From Thermotogota bacterium (GTDB taxonomy: Bacteria > Bipolaricaulota > Bipolaricaulia > UBA7950 > UBA9294): a DNA stretch of 22,715 nucleotides. Positions 8,219-17,183 of this stretch are shown one piece after another. Position 1 is the stretch's first letter. Every line of letters starts with the position of its first letter. A program made the position numbers and the translations under genes. The notes under the pieces were generated by a model. It had not been told where the DNA came from. It searched no databases and saw only the letters and a list, made by a program, of their open reading frames with translations. Location of the stretch: NCBI GenBank assembly GCA_039679545.1, contig JBDKUT010000055.1, forward strand, positions 1 through 22,715. The letters are read 5' to 3'.

Positions 8219-8413
8219 CTACGTCGCTCGCAGCTCGCCGGGAAGCAGGCTGTACAGGATAACGTCGGACGAGCCGCTGTCTTCGATCGCGTAGCCCGGG
8301 TGGGCCGTCTTGAACGGTGCTACCTCGGTGATCGACTCGCAGACGGCCTCGTGGAGCAGCCTAGCATCGGCCTCTTGCAACGCTCGAACCCGAACCTGTC
8401 CCTCTTGAGCCAT
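8219..8413 (-). pseudogene. Internally deleted RimJ/RimL-type GNAT acetyltransferase relic
   Basis: The 64 aa MAQEGQVRVRALQEADARLLHEAVCESITEVAPFKTAHPGYAIEDS-GS-SDVILYSLLPGELRAT join a RimL-like N-terminus directly to a RimL-like C-terminus. Confidence 0.6.
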
Positions 8414-8460
8414 CTCGCTTCTCGTCGCGTCCGTAGCGTGGCCGACGCGCGCGGAGGCCG

Positions 8461-9357
8461 TCAGGTCAAGAGCCACAAGAGGACGCTCGTGGCGGCGACG
8501 CCGGCGATTGTCGTCAGGAGGACAACGGCGGCGCTCAGCTCGGAGCGGCGGTTGTACTGGAGCGAGAGGATGAGGGCGTTGACGGCCGTGGGGGTTCCCG
8601 CCTCGAGAATCAGCACGGAGCTCACCAGCTTGTCGAACCCGAACAGGACGGCGAGGCCCCAGGCGACGAGGGGTGGGACGACCAGCTTCGCCACGGAGAG
8701 CGGGACGGCCTGGCGGACGAGGCCACCAAGACGAACCTGGGTGAGCGTCATCCCGAGGAGCAGAAGCTGAATCGGGATCGTCGCATCGGCAAGCATCTCG
8801 ATGGGGCGACCTACGGCCACAGGGAGCTGGAACCCCGTGAGTCGAACGACGACTCCAAGCACGATGGCGAGAAGCCACGGGACGGCGCAGATCTCCCGAA
8901 TCAGTCCGCGGATCGACATGCCCTTACGCCAACTCGCGATACCTACGCCGAACAGCACCTGGAACGCGAGTTGCGCGACCATGTACACGACGCCCACCGC
9001 GAACCCCTCGTCGCCGAACGCGAAGAGGAGGACCGGGAGCCCGTAGATACCGCAGTTTCCGAACGTGAGGGATAGGACGGCGGCCGTCTTTGTATCCGAG
9101 TCCCAGTGCGTCCAACGGACGCCGAGGGAAGCGAGCAGAAGAAACGCCCCGTGAACCGCGAACACGAACAAGGTGACGTTCACGAGAACGGTTCCAGAGA
9201 GGGAGTGGCTGAGCATTGAGTTAAAGATCAGGATCGGGGTCAGGACGTAGAACGAGAGCCGCGTGAACGGGGTCAGGTCGAACTTCACGAGCCGTGCGAA
9301 CAGGTACCCCGCACCGGCGATCAGCACCACAGGAACGATGACGTTGACGAGGAACAT
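8461..9357 (-). CDS. AEC (auxin efflux carrier) family transporter
   Basis: About 10 hydrophobic segments with FGNCGIYGLPV, ATIPIQLLLLG, KLVVPP and GTPTAVN motifs. Confidence 0.92.
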   Translation of the reverse strand: MFLVNVIVPVVLIAGAGYLFARLVKFDLTPFTRLSFYVLTPILIFNSMLSHSLSGTVLVNVTLFVFAVHGAFLLLASLGVRWTHWDSDTKTAAVLSLTFGNCGIYGLPVLLFAFGDEGFAVGVVYMVAQLAFQVLFGVGIASWRKGMSIRGLIREICAVPWLLAIVLGVVVRLTGFQLPVAVGRPIEMLADATIPIQLLLLGMTLTQVRLGGLVRQAVPLSVAKLVVPPLVAWGLAVLFGFDKLVSSVLILEAGTPTAVNALILSLQYNRRSELSAAVVLLTTIAGVAATSVLLWLLT

Positions 9358-9385
9358 CCCTCACCCCTTGGGGGGCAAGGCTACT

Positions 9386-9476
9386 GGAGTGACTGCACGT
9401 GTGCAACGCCCCCTGCGCCGGAAGCGGGGAGAACGTTGCGGCGGAGCCCTCTCTTCGCGATAGTGTGCGTCACTCC
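9386..9476 (+). other. Candidate structured RNA (three-way junction) in the leader of the cysteine desulfidase gene
   Basis: P1: GGAGTGAC(T)GCAC 9386-9398 with GTGCGTCACTCC 9465-9476. P2: GCAACG with CGTTGC plus CCCTGC with GCGGGG. P3: GCGGAG 9441-9446 with CTTCGC 9453-9458. Confidence 0.4.
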
Positions 9477-9515
9477 GAAGGCACCGTAGGGTGGAGTCTG
9501 CTAGGAAGGAGACGC

Positions 9516-10832
9516 ATGGGCTATACGGTCAAAGACATCCTCCGCATGGAAGTTGCTCCCGCGCTTGGCTGTACGGAACCGTCGGCGGTCGCACTGGCGA
9601 CGGCGGCCGCGGCGTCGCTTCTCCCGCGCCGTTCGATCGACGGGATCGAATTGTGGGTCGACCCCAACATCTACAAGAACGGATTTGCCGTCTCAATTCC
9701 AGGCACCGAGGGGGAGTCGGGCATCGACCTCTCGGCCGCCCTCGGAGCCCTCGGCGGCGATCCCCACCTCAAGCTCGAAGTCCTACGGCCGATCTCGCGC
9801 GAAACGCTGAAGGCGTCGAAGGCCCTTGTGGCTCGGAAGAGCGTGGTCGTCAATGTCCTCGGGGAGAGAAAGACCGGGATCTACATCCGCGCGCAGCTTC
9901 GGTCCGGGACGCAGACAGCCGAGGCGGTCATCGAGGACGTCCACGATAACATCGTCGCTCTGTCTCTCGACGGACATCGTGTGGAGAGTCACCCGCTCCT
10001 CTGCGGAGCCTCGAAGAGCCAGAACAACGTCCGCGCGCTCGAGGAATGGCTTGCCGACCGCACCCTGCCGGAGCTGATCGCCCTTCTCGACGATCTCGAC
10101 AGCGACGACCTTGCCTTCCTCCGCGAAGGTGTCGACCAGAACATGAGGCTTGCCGAGTACGGGCTCACCTACGGCCCCGGGCTCGGCGTCGGTCTCGCCC
10201 TCGAGCGCCTGGTTCGGGAAGGACTCCTGAAGAAGGACATGATCCTCGCGGCGCGCATCCTCACCTCAGCGGCGTCAGACGCCCGCATGGCCGGCGTGAA
10301 GATGCCGGCCATGAGCTCGGCCGGATCGGGCAACCATGGCCTGACGGCGATCCTTCCCATCTGGGCGGTCAAGGACTACGTTGCCTGTGACGACGAGGAC
10401 TGCGTTCTGCGGGCGATCGCCCTAAGCCACGTGATCACCGCCCACATCAAAGCGCACACCGGTCGACTCTCGGCGATCTGCGGCTGCTCCATCGCCGCCG
10501 GGGCCGGCGCGACCGGCGGGATCACGTACCTGATGGGCGGAAACCACCGCCACATCGCCGGCGCGATCAAGAACGTCATCGGCGATCTCGCCGGCGTGAT
10601 CTGCGACGGCGCCAAGGCCGGCTGCTCGCTCAAGCTCGCCACGGCGGCGGGAACGGCCGTTCAGTCGGCGCTCTTCGCCCTGCACGGCCTCGACGTTCAA
10701 CCGACCGACGGGATCGTTGCCGTTTCTCCTGAGGAGACGATGCGCAACGTCGGCCAGCTCTCGACCCAAGGCATGATCGAGACCGATCGTACGATTCTCG
10801 ACATCATGATCCAGAAGCGGTTCGAGAACTGA
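9516..10832 (+). CDS. L-cysteine desulfidase, CyuA/YhaM (serine dehydratase alpha-like) family
   Basis: PALGCTEP, NIYKN, ASDARMAG, MSSAGSGNHG, GRLSAICGC, GVICDGAKAGCSLK and GMIETD. RBS AAGGAG precedes ATG 9516. Confidence 0.9.
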   Translation: MGYTVKDILRMEVAPALGCTEPSAVALATAAAASLLPRRSIDGIELWVDPNIYKNGFAVSIPGTEGESGIDLSAALGALGGDPHLKLEVLRPISRETLKASKALVARKSVVVNVLGERKTGIYIRAQLRSGTQTAEAVIEDVHDNIVALSLDGHRVESHPLLCGASKSQNNVRALEEWLADRTLPELIALLDDLDSDDLAFLREGVDQNMRLAEYGLTYGPGLGVGLALERLVREGLLKKDMILAARILTSAASDARMAGVKMPAMSSAGSGNHGLTAILPIWAVKDYVACDDEDCVLRAIALSHVITAHIKAHTGRLSAICGCSIAAGAGATGGITYLMGGNHRHIAGAIKNVIGDLAGVICDGAKAGCSLKLATAAGTAVQSALFALHGLDVQPTDGIVAVSPEETMRNVGQLSTQGMIETDRTILDIMIQKRFEN

Positions 10833-10847
10833 GGGGGAGCCTCACTT

Positions 10848-10870
10848 CCAGCCTCGAGAGTCGAGGCTGG
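10848..10870 (+). terminator. GC-rich hairpin after the desulfidase (possible terminator or stabiliser)
   Basis: Perfect 10-bp stem CCAGCCTCGA/TCGAGGCTGG with a GAG loop. There is no U-tract. Confidence 0.4.
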
Positions 10871-10975
10871 GACCGCATCGCAGGTGAGTTGGGTCTGGTC
10901 TATGATCGTTGACGCTGCGGCGCGACGAGGGATCTGTCCGTCGCGGTTGCGGCGAAGAACCTGGGGGCGGCGGTC

Positions 10976-11686
10976 ATGGTAGAGACGTACTCGAAGATGG
11001 CGCGATACTACGACAAGATCTACGGGGGAAAAGACTACGCGGCCGAGGTCGAGCGCCTGATCGCGGTTCTGGGCGACGGGCGAAGCAAGCGGCGCAGTCT
11101 GCTCGACGTCGCCTGCGGCACCGGCCGCCACCTCGAGTACCTGCGGAGAAGCTTCGATGTCGAAGGACTCGACATCTGCGCCGAGGTGCTGGAGAGCGCA
11201 CGCCAGCGGAATCCCGGAGTGGTCTTTCACGTTGCGGACATGACGAGCTTCGACCTCGGGAGAACGTTCGACGTCGTGACGTGTCTGTTCAGCTCGATCG
11301 GCTACGTCAGGACCCTCGATCGACTCCAGGCGGCCGTGCGCTCCATGACCGCGCATCTGAATCTTGAAGGCGTGCTCATCATCGAGCCATGGTTCACGCC
11401 CGAAGAGTGGCACCCCAATACCGTGCACGCCGTCTACATCGACGAACCAGACCTCAAAATCGCGCGCGTCAACACGAGCCTCGTCGACGGCGGTCTGTCG
11501 ATCGTTGAGCTGCACTACCTCGTCGGTACCCCCGAGAAGACGGAGCACCTCGTTGAGCGTCACGAGCTGGGCCTGTTCGAGGTTGACGAGATGATTTCTG
11601 CTCTGGAATCCGAAGGCCTGGTTGTTAGCTATGATCGGGAAGGTCTGACCGGGCGGGGACTGTACCTCGCGAGCCGCCGAAGCTGA
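10976..11686 (+). CDS. Class I SAM-dependent methyltransferase (TylM1/DesVI-like)
   Basis: YDKIY..KDYAAE, LLDVACGTGRH, FDVVTCLFSSIGY and IEPWFTPE. Confidence 0.88.
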   Translation: MVETYSKMARYYDKIYGGKDYAAEVERLIAVLGDGRSKRRSLLDVACGTGRHLEYLRRSFDVEGLDICAEVLESARQRNPGVVFHVADMTSFDLGRTFDVVTCLFSSIGYVRTLDRLQAAVRSMTAHLNLEGVLIIEPWFTPEEWHPNTVHAVYIDEPDLKIARVNTSLVDGGLSIVELHYLVGTPEKTEHLVERHELGLFEVDEMISALESEGLVVSYDREGLTGRGLYLASRRS

Positions 11687-11706
11687 CCACGCGTAGCGGG
11701 AGGGGA

Positions 11707-12531
11707 ATGGACGATCGGGACGTCGGACGGGTGTGGAACGGGAACGCCGAAGCCTGGACGCGACTTGCCCGCGCCGGCTACGACGTCTACCGCGACGCGC
11801 TCAACACCCCGGCGTTCCTGGCGATGCTCCCCGACGTCCGCGGCCTGGGCGGCCTCGACGTCGGCTGCGGGGAAGGCCACAACACCCGGCTGATTGCGAA
11901 GCGCGGCGCCCGCCTCGCTGCCGTCGACATTGCCGACGTCTTCATCCGACACGCGCGCGAGGAAGAAGAGCGCGAGCCGCTCGGCATCGACTACCGCGTC
12001 GCGAGCGCTCTCGAGCTTCCATTCCCGGACTGCACCTTCGACTTCGTGACTGCGGTGATGTGCCTGATGGACATGCCGAACGTCGAACGTGCCGTCGCCG
12101 AGGTCTACCGTGTGCTCAAGCCGGGAGGGTTCTTCCAGTTCTCGATCACCCATCCTTGCTTCGACACCCCGCACCGCAAGAACCTGCGCGACGAGCGAAG
12201 GAGGACCTACGCCATCGAGGTTGGAGGCTACTTCCAGAGGCTCCATGGCGACATCGAGGAGTGGATCTTCAGTGCGGCGCCCGCCGAGGTGCGCCAAGGC
12301 TTGCCGAACTTCAAGGTCCCCCGGTTCACGCGAACGGTCAGCGAGTGGTTCAACATGCTCATGGAGAGGGGGTTCCGGATCGAGCGCGTCGAGGAGCCTT
12401 GCCCGTCGGACGCTGTCGTCGAGCGGTGTCCGCAAGTTCAGGACGCGCAGGTGGTCGCCTACTTCCTGCACATCAGGGTTCACAAACCTGCCGCCGGACG
12501 CGACAATAGACGAGGAGGTACCCCGGCATGA
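11707..12531 (+). CDS. Class I SAM-dependent methyltransferase
   Basis: LDVGCGEGHNTR, LPFPDCTFDFV and RVLKPGGFFQFSITHPCF. Confidence 0.9.
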   Translation: MDDRDVGRVWNGNAEAWTRLARAGYDVYRDALNTPAFLAMLPDVRGLGGLDVGCGEGHNTRLIAKRGARLAAVDIADVFIRHAREEEEREPLGIDYRVASALELPFPDCTFDFVTAVMCLMDMPNVERAVAEVYRVLKPGGFFQFSITHPCFDTPHRKNLRDERRRTYAIEVGGYFQRLHGDIEEWIFSAAPAEVRQGLPNFKVPRFTRTVSEWFNMLMERGFRIERVEEPCPSDAVVERCPQVQDAQVVAYFLHIRVHKPAAGRDNRRGGTPA

Positions 12532-12995
12532 AGAAGTCCGAGATGATTGCCACCTGTGGGCTGGATTGCGGGTCGTGCTCCATCCGCAGGTTCCCGCGCG
12601 ACAAAGCTGCAGCAACGGAAGTGATCGGCTGGTTCAAGCAGGAGGGCTGGCTCAAGGAGGGGGAAGGCGTCGCCGAAGCGATCGAGCGGAAGATGGTCTG
12701 CAACGGCTGCCACGGCGACCGCACGGCCCACTGGTCGGCCGACTGCTGGATTCTCCACTGCTGCGTCGACGCGAAGGGGCTCAAGCACTGCTCCGAGTGC
12801 AAGACGTTCCCCTGTGCCCGGCTCGTCGAGTGGTCGAAGACCGACGAATCGTACGGCAAGGCATTCGACCGCCTACGGTCAATGCATGCGGGGCTGACTC
12901 GTCACACCATTCCGCGCCGCGAACGGAAACCGAAGAGAGTGAGTGACCTCGGCACGGAGCGAGACGACGCCCCCGAAGACGAAACCACGGTGTGA
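12528..12995 (+). CDS. DUF3795-family Cys-rich protein
   Basis: CGLDCGSC, CNGC, CWILHCC and HCSECKTFPC. ATGA overlap with the upstream gene and RBS GGAGG. Confidence 0.85.
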   Translation: MKKSEMIATCGLDCGSCSIRRFPRDKAAATEVIGWFKQEGWLKEGEGVAEAIERKMVCNGCHGDRTAHWSADCWILHCCVDAKGLKHCSECKTFPCARLVEWSKTDESYGKAFDRLRSMHAGLTRHTIPRRERKPKRVSDLGTERDDAPEDETTV

Positions 12996-13016
12996 CCGGC
13001 GCGAGAGCTGCGACGT

Positions 13017-13048
13017 GAAGGCCTGTGCAGCGAGGCGCACAGGCCTTC
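13017..13048 (+). terminator. Hairpin downstream of the methyltransferase-DUF3795 unit
   Basis: Perfect 12-bp inverted repeat GAAGGCCTGTGC / GCACAGGCCTTC with an 8-nt loop, followed by CTTGT. Confidence 0.5.
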
Positions 13049-13240
13049 CTTGTCCTGTGGCCGGGGTGAGAGCAGGAAAGAAGAAGACGGCCGGGGGGTG
13101 GAGCAACTCGGCGGTTGAACGAGAAGCTGTATCTTGTTTGGCGGCGCTCGCTCGGCCGAAGCGCGCGCGGGTGAGTACAGATCGCGGCGCAGGAGACGGC
13201 CTGGCCTTTGAGGTCGCCTTGCGTCTGAAAGGAGTACCGG

Positions 13241-13642
13241 ATGGCGAAGACGAACCTCGAGTGGCGCGGCCGCTTCGACAACCGGGAACTGAACGAACTT
13301 CACGCCGAGGCATTCGATCACCCCGTCCTCGACGCAGAAGACTGGGTCGGCCAGGTTCGGTCGCACAGCCTCGGCTGGGTGACAGCGCGGGAAGGAAGGG
13401 GCCTCGTGGGTTTCGTCAACGTGGTGTGGGACGGCGGCGTCCACGCCTTCATCCTCGACACGATGGTGAAAAAGGAAAAGAAGAGGCAGGGTCTCGGCAC
13501 GCGGCTTGTGAAGGAAGCGACTCAGCACGCGCGAGCCGCCGGCTGCGAGTGGCTGCATGTCGACTTCGAGGACGAGCTCCACTCGTTCTATTGCAGCGCG
13601 TGCGGGTTCGAGTCCACGTCGGCAGGGCTCATCAGGCTCTGA
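13241..13642 (+). CDS. GNAT family N-acetyltransferase
   Basis: LVGFVNVVWDGGVHAFILDTMV, RQGLGTRLV (acetyl-CoA motif), WLHVDFE and FY..CGF. RBS AAGGAG. Confidence 0.9.
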   Translation: MAKTNLEWRGRFDNRELNELHAEAFDHPVLDAEDWVGQVRSHSLGWVTAREGRGLVGFVNVVWDGGVHAFILDTMVKKEKKRQGLGTRLVKEATQHARAAGCEWLHVDFEDELHSFYCSACGFESTSAGLIRL

Positions 13643-13667
13643 CCGCGGAAGGAAGGACGCGGTGGGG

Positions 13668-14186
13668 ATGACCGTCGTTCGTGCAGAGCTCTCGGGCGAC
13701 ATCGCCGCCGTACGCCGGGTCAACGACCGAGCCTTCGGCCGGGCGGCCGAGGGTGCTGTTGTTGACCAGCTTCGTGATGCCTGTCCCGACGCCGTGTCGC
13801 TCGTTGCCGACGAGGACGGTGAGATCCTCGGTCACGTCTTCTTCAGCCCTGTGCTCGTCACGCGTGACGGCGGGGTCGTTCGAGAGGGGATGGGTCTTGG
13901 CCCCCTCGCCGTCGCGCCCGAGCGGCAGCGGCAGGGCATTGGCTCCGCGCTCGTTCGAGCCGGTGTTGACATCCTGCGCGATCGAGGTTGCCCGTTCGTC
14001 CTCGTCATCGGCCACCCTTCGTACTATCCACGGTTCGGGTTCACCCTCGCGTCTGGCCGAGGCCTCGTACCGCAATGGGATGGAATCCCCGACGAAGCGT
14101 TTAGGGTGCTGGTGCTCGACGAGCGCGCCATGGCGGGCGTGACCGGCGTCGCCAGCTACCGCAGCGAGTTCGACCAGGCCGTGTGA
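13668..14186 (+). CDS. GNAT family N-acetyltransferase (YhbS-like)
   Basis: GHVFFSPV, LGPLAVAPERQRQGIGSALV and VIGHPSYYPRFGF. Confidence 0.92.
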   Translation: MTVVRAELSGDIAAVRRVNDRAFGRAAEGAVVDQLRDACPDAVSLVADEDGEILGHVFFSPVLVTRDGGVVREGMGLGPLAVAPERQRQGIGSALVRAGVDILRDRGCPFVLVIGHPSYYPRFGFTLASGRGLVPQWDGIPDEAFRVLVLDERAMAGVTGVASYRSEFDQAV

Positions 14187-14249
14187 CGGCCACGCTCGGC
14201 GCCGGCGTGCAATCAGCTGTTCGTTGTGCTGCGCTGCGAGGGCCACACC

Positions 14250-15077
14250 CTACTCCCACGTCGAAGCCCAATCTTGAATCGTATACGAGACCGCCTTCCC
14301 CGCTGCGTCGAGGGAGGCGAGGTCGAGGATGCCGACGCGATCGAAGCGGTGCAGGTAGTAAATGTACGCGACCCCGTGCGTGAGGTCGAAGACGTTCGAG
14401 TAGGTCGTCTCCGATGGGCCGCGGAGGTTCGCGACGGAGCCAAGGATTTCAGCGAACGCCGCGATCGACAAGATGGAGTCCCCGGTCACGATCCGCTCCA
14501 ATGCGCGGGTCGTTATCCTGTGTCGCGGACAGTTCTTGTGGGTGATGGGGTAGACGGCGACGTTGGTGTTCGTCGTGACCTGGAAGGCGGCCTCCGAATA
14601 GATGAATGCGTGCTCTCCGTCGGGCCCTGGGGCGACGACGACCGATCTGCCGCTGCGATCGGTGAACTGGAGCTGCGCCCTCTGCAGGTAGCTCACGTTG
14701 TACGACTGGATCAGCGCCACGACCTCCTCGATCGTGGCGCAGCGGCGCAAGGCGATCTCGCCGACGTTGATCGGATTCGGCGTCGGCAGCTCAGGGTGGT
14801 CGTTGAGCGGTGTGTGCGCAATCGTGGCCGCGTCGAACGCCAGCCCGGCTGTGTTCATCCCGCCTTGGGCGAAGTCGGCGTCGAAACCGAGAAAGAGACA
14901 CCCATACTCGTTTCCGAGGGAGGGGAGGTACCAGATGAGCGCGCTGGAGTCCGCGTGGTCTTCGCTGTTCCCGAACAGGACGAGTCCGTCGCCTGCGTAG
15001 GAGAAGAACGTGCACGCCGCCGTGGCGGACGAGAGCGCGCAGAAGAGGACGAGGGCCGAGGCTACGTGTCGCTGCAT
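14250..15077 (-). CDS. Secreted N-terminal-nucleophile (Cys) hydrolase, C45/choloylglycine hydrolase-like
   Basis: A signal peptide ending ...SATAA precedes CTFF, then LFGNSED, QGGMNTAGL, LRRCATIEE, TNTN and TTYSNVFDL. RBS GGAGGT. Confidence 0.8.
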   Translation of the reverse strand: MQRHVASALVLFCALSSATAACTFFSYAGDGLVLFGNSEDHADSSALIWYLPSLGNEYGCLFLGFDADFAQGGMNTAGLAFDAATIAHTPLNDHPELPTPNPINVGEIALRRCATIEEVVALIQSYNVSYLQRAQLQFTDRSGRSVVVAPGPDGEHAFIYSEAAFQVTTNTNVAVYPITHKNCPRHRITTRALERIVTGDSILSIAAFAEILGSVANLRGPSETTYSNVFDLTHGVAYIYYLHRFDRVGILDLASLDAAGKAVSYTIQDWASTWE

Positions 15078-15352
15078 CGCACCTCCTTGGAGAGTAGGGA
15101 GTCTACCCGAAGTCGAGGCGCTTCCGGATCACGGCTGCTACCATGCTGCGGAGGAGCCTGCCCACGACGTCAACCATGGCCCTCCGATGAGGTGCAGCGC
15201 AGGCCGTGGCGCGAGCCGAGGCCACCAATCAGACCAGATCGGGGCCTAGAGTTCCTCATCGCAAGACTTGAACCTGTAGCCCTGTGACGGCGAAGAGACG
15301 GAGTCGCCCGAGACTGCAGGCAGGTCGGAGATGGAGCGTGGAGGGAAGCGGT

Positions 15353-16714
15353 ATGGCATCGGCACGAAGGCGCGGCCCGACGGGGTTCACGGGATTCACG
15401 ATCGTGTGGGCCGGACAGTTCTTCTCGATGCTCGGCACGGGGATGACCCAGTTCGCCATCACGATCTGGGCCTATGAGCTGACCGGCAAGGCGACCGCCC
15501 TCGCCCTCGTGGGCTTCTTCGGGTTTGCGCCCATCGTCCTGTTCAGTCCGCTCGCCGGAGCGATCGTCGATCGCGTGTCGCGCAAGGTCGTCATGGCGGC
15601 GAGCGACATCGCCGCCGGCGTCACGACGGCCGCTCTCTTGATCCTGCACGTCACGGGCCACCTCCAGCTCTGGCACCTCTTTGTCACCGGGTTCTTCGCC
15701 GGCGCGTTCGGGTCGTTCCAGTTCCCGGCGTACTCGGCGGCGATCTCGACGATGATGGACAAGAAGCACTACGCGCGAGCGAGTGGGATGCTCGGCCTCG
15801 CCGAGTCGGCGTCGGGGATCATCGCGCCGATGCTCGCCGGCGGCCTCCTGCTTCTGATCGGGCTCCGCGGGATCTTCTTGCTCGACCTCGCCGCCCTCGC
15901 GCTCGCCATCGGAACCCTGCTGATTGTCTACATCCCGCAGCCGGCCCGCGACCCAGGGAAGGCGGAGCAAGCGAGCCTGTGGAGCGACTGCCTGTTCGGG
16001 TTCAAGTACATCTTCGCGAGCCCCAGCCTTCTCGGACTCCAGCTCGTGTTCCTGGCGATCAACTTCGTCGCGATGTTTGGCTTTGCCGTCCTGGCAGCGA
16101 TGGTCCTTGCGCGGACGGGCACTGACAAACTCGCTCTCGGTGCAGTTCAGATGGCTCTCGGCGTCGGCGGTGTCGCGGGCGGCGCGCTGATGGCGGCGTG
16201 GGGAGGGTTCAAGCATAGAGTGCACGGCGTACTCCTCGGGATGGCGTTCGGCGGCCTGTTCGGGCTCACGGCGCTCGGGATCGGGCGAGGGCTCGCCGTG
16301 TGGTGGATCGGCGCGTTCGTCCTGGCACTCACCGAGCAGGTTCTGAATGGGTCAAACCAAGCGATCTGGCAGGCGAAGGTGCCTCCCGCACTGCAGGGGC
16401 GCGTCTTCGCCACTCGTCGGCTCATCGCGCAGATCTCAGGTCCCATCGCCTTGCTCGCCGCCGGCCCACTTGCCGATCGCGTGTTCGAGCCGCTGATGCA
16501 GTCGGGGAGCCCAACGGCGAACCTGTTCGCTCACCTCGTCGGCAGCGGCCCTGGGGCCGGCATGGGCCTCATGTTCGTCTTCGCCGGGCTCCTCGCCATG
16601 GTCGTCGGCGTGGGCGGCTACGCGTTCCCCGCCGTCCGGAACGTCGACACACTCGTCCCAGATCACGACGAAGTGGCGAAGCCGGCAACCGTTGCGGCGG
16701 AGGCAACCGAGTAG
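15353..16714 (+). CDS. MFS transporter (MefA/DHA3-like efflux)
   Basis: WAGQFFSMLGTGMT, MFS motif A GAIVDRVSRK, QFPAYSAAIS and QAKVPPALQGRVF, with about 12 TM segments. Confidence 0.92.
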   Translation: MASARRRGPTGFTGFTIVWAGQFFSMLGTGMTQFAITIWAYELTGKATALALVGFFGFAPIVLFSPLAGAIVDRVSRKVVMAASDIAAGVTTAALLILHVTGHLQLWHLFVTGFFAGAFGSFQFPAYSAAISTMMDKKHYARASGMLGLAESASGIIAPMLAGGLLLLIGLRGIFLLDLAALALAIGTLLIVYIPQPARDPGKAEQASLWSDCLFGFKYIFASPSLLGLQLVFLAINFVAMFGFAVLAAMVLARTGTDKLALGAVQMALGVGGVAGGALMAAWGGFKHRVHGVLLGMAFGGLFGLTALGIGRGLAVWWIGAFVLALTEQVLNGSNQAIWQAKVPPALQGRVFATRRLIAQISGPIALLAAGPLADRVFEPLMQSGSPTANLFAHLVGSGPGAGMGLMFVFAGLLAMVVGVGGYAFPAVRNVDTLVPDHDEVAKPATVAAEATE

Positions 16715-16770
16715 GCAGTGCCCCAGTGAGCAGGATGGGTACGAGCTTCGGGTCCCGGGTGCGTCGCGCC

Positions 16771-17073
16771 CTAATCGCCTGCGATCTTCTCGATCTGAAA
16801 GGTGACCGGACGGAGTCCGTCGGTGCAGCAAGGGAACGCGACGCCGGCCGAGAGCTCTGCCCCGGCGCAGGCGAGGGCGAGGTTCGGGTAGATTGCGACC
16901 CACGCCCAGTCACAGAAGCCCTGCGGCTTCTCGGGGAACGGGCCCTTGACCTCGAAGGTCATGCCCTCGCGGAACGCGGTGCACGCACGGGCGACGCTCA
17001 CGCAGTCGGGCAGGTGCGTCTCCACCAGGTCCATGTTCAGGGCTCGCTTGATGACCGTGATGCGCGCGTTCAT
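16771..17073 (-). CDS. TIGR04076 family protein
   Basis: RITVIKR...C..F.EG...KPQGFCDWAW...CCTDGLRPVTFQIEKI. RBS GGAGGT. Confidence 0.85.
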   Translation of the reverse strand: MNARITVIKRALNMDLVETHLPDCVSVARACTAFREGMTFEVKGPFPEKPQGFCDWAWVAIYPNLALACAGAELSAGVAFPCCTDGLRPVTFQIEKIAGD

Positions 17074-17183
17074 ATGACGACCTCCTCTGGGTTCACGCAG
17101 TTTCGAGCCAATAGGAAAGGGCAGACCGCGGTGGGGTACCGATCTCCCCTATGCCGGCGGTACGAACAGACGTGCCGCAGATC

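Noticed and set aside
12890..13060. DUF3795 C-terminal tail and a nearby 'CDVKACA' in another frame as a second DUF3795 relic
   Set aside because: The similarity is too short, and the segment coincides with a hairpin.
15220..15287. 'DRGLEFLIARLE*' resembling a TetR C-terminus
   Set aside because: Only about 12 residues, with no upstream support.
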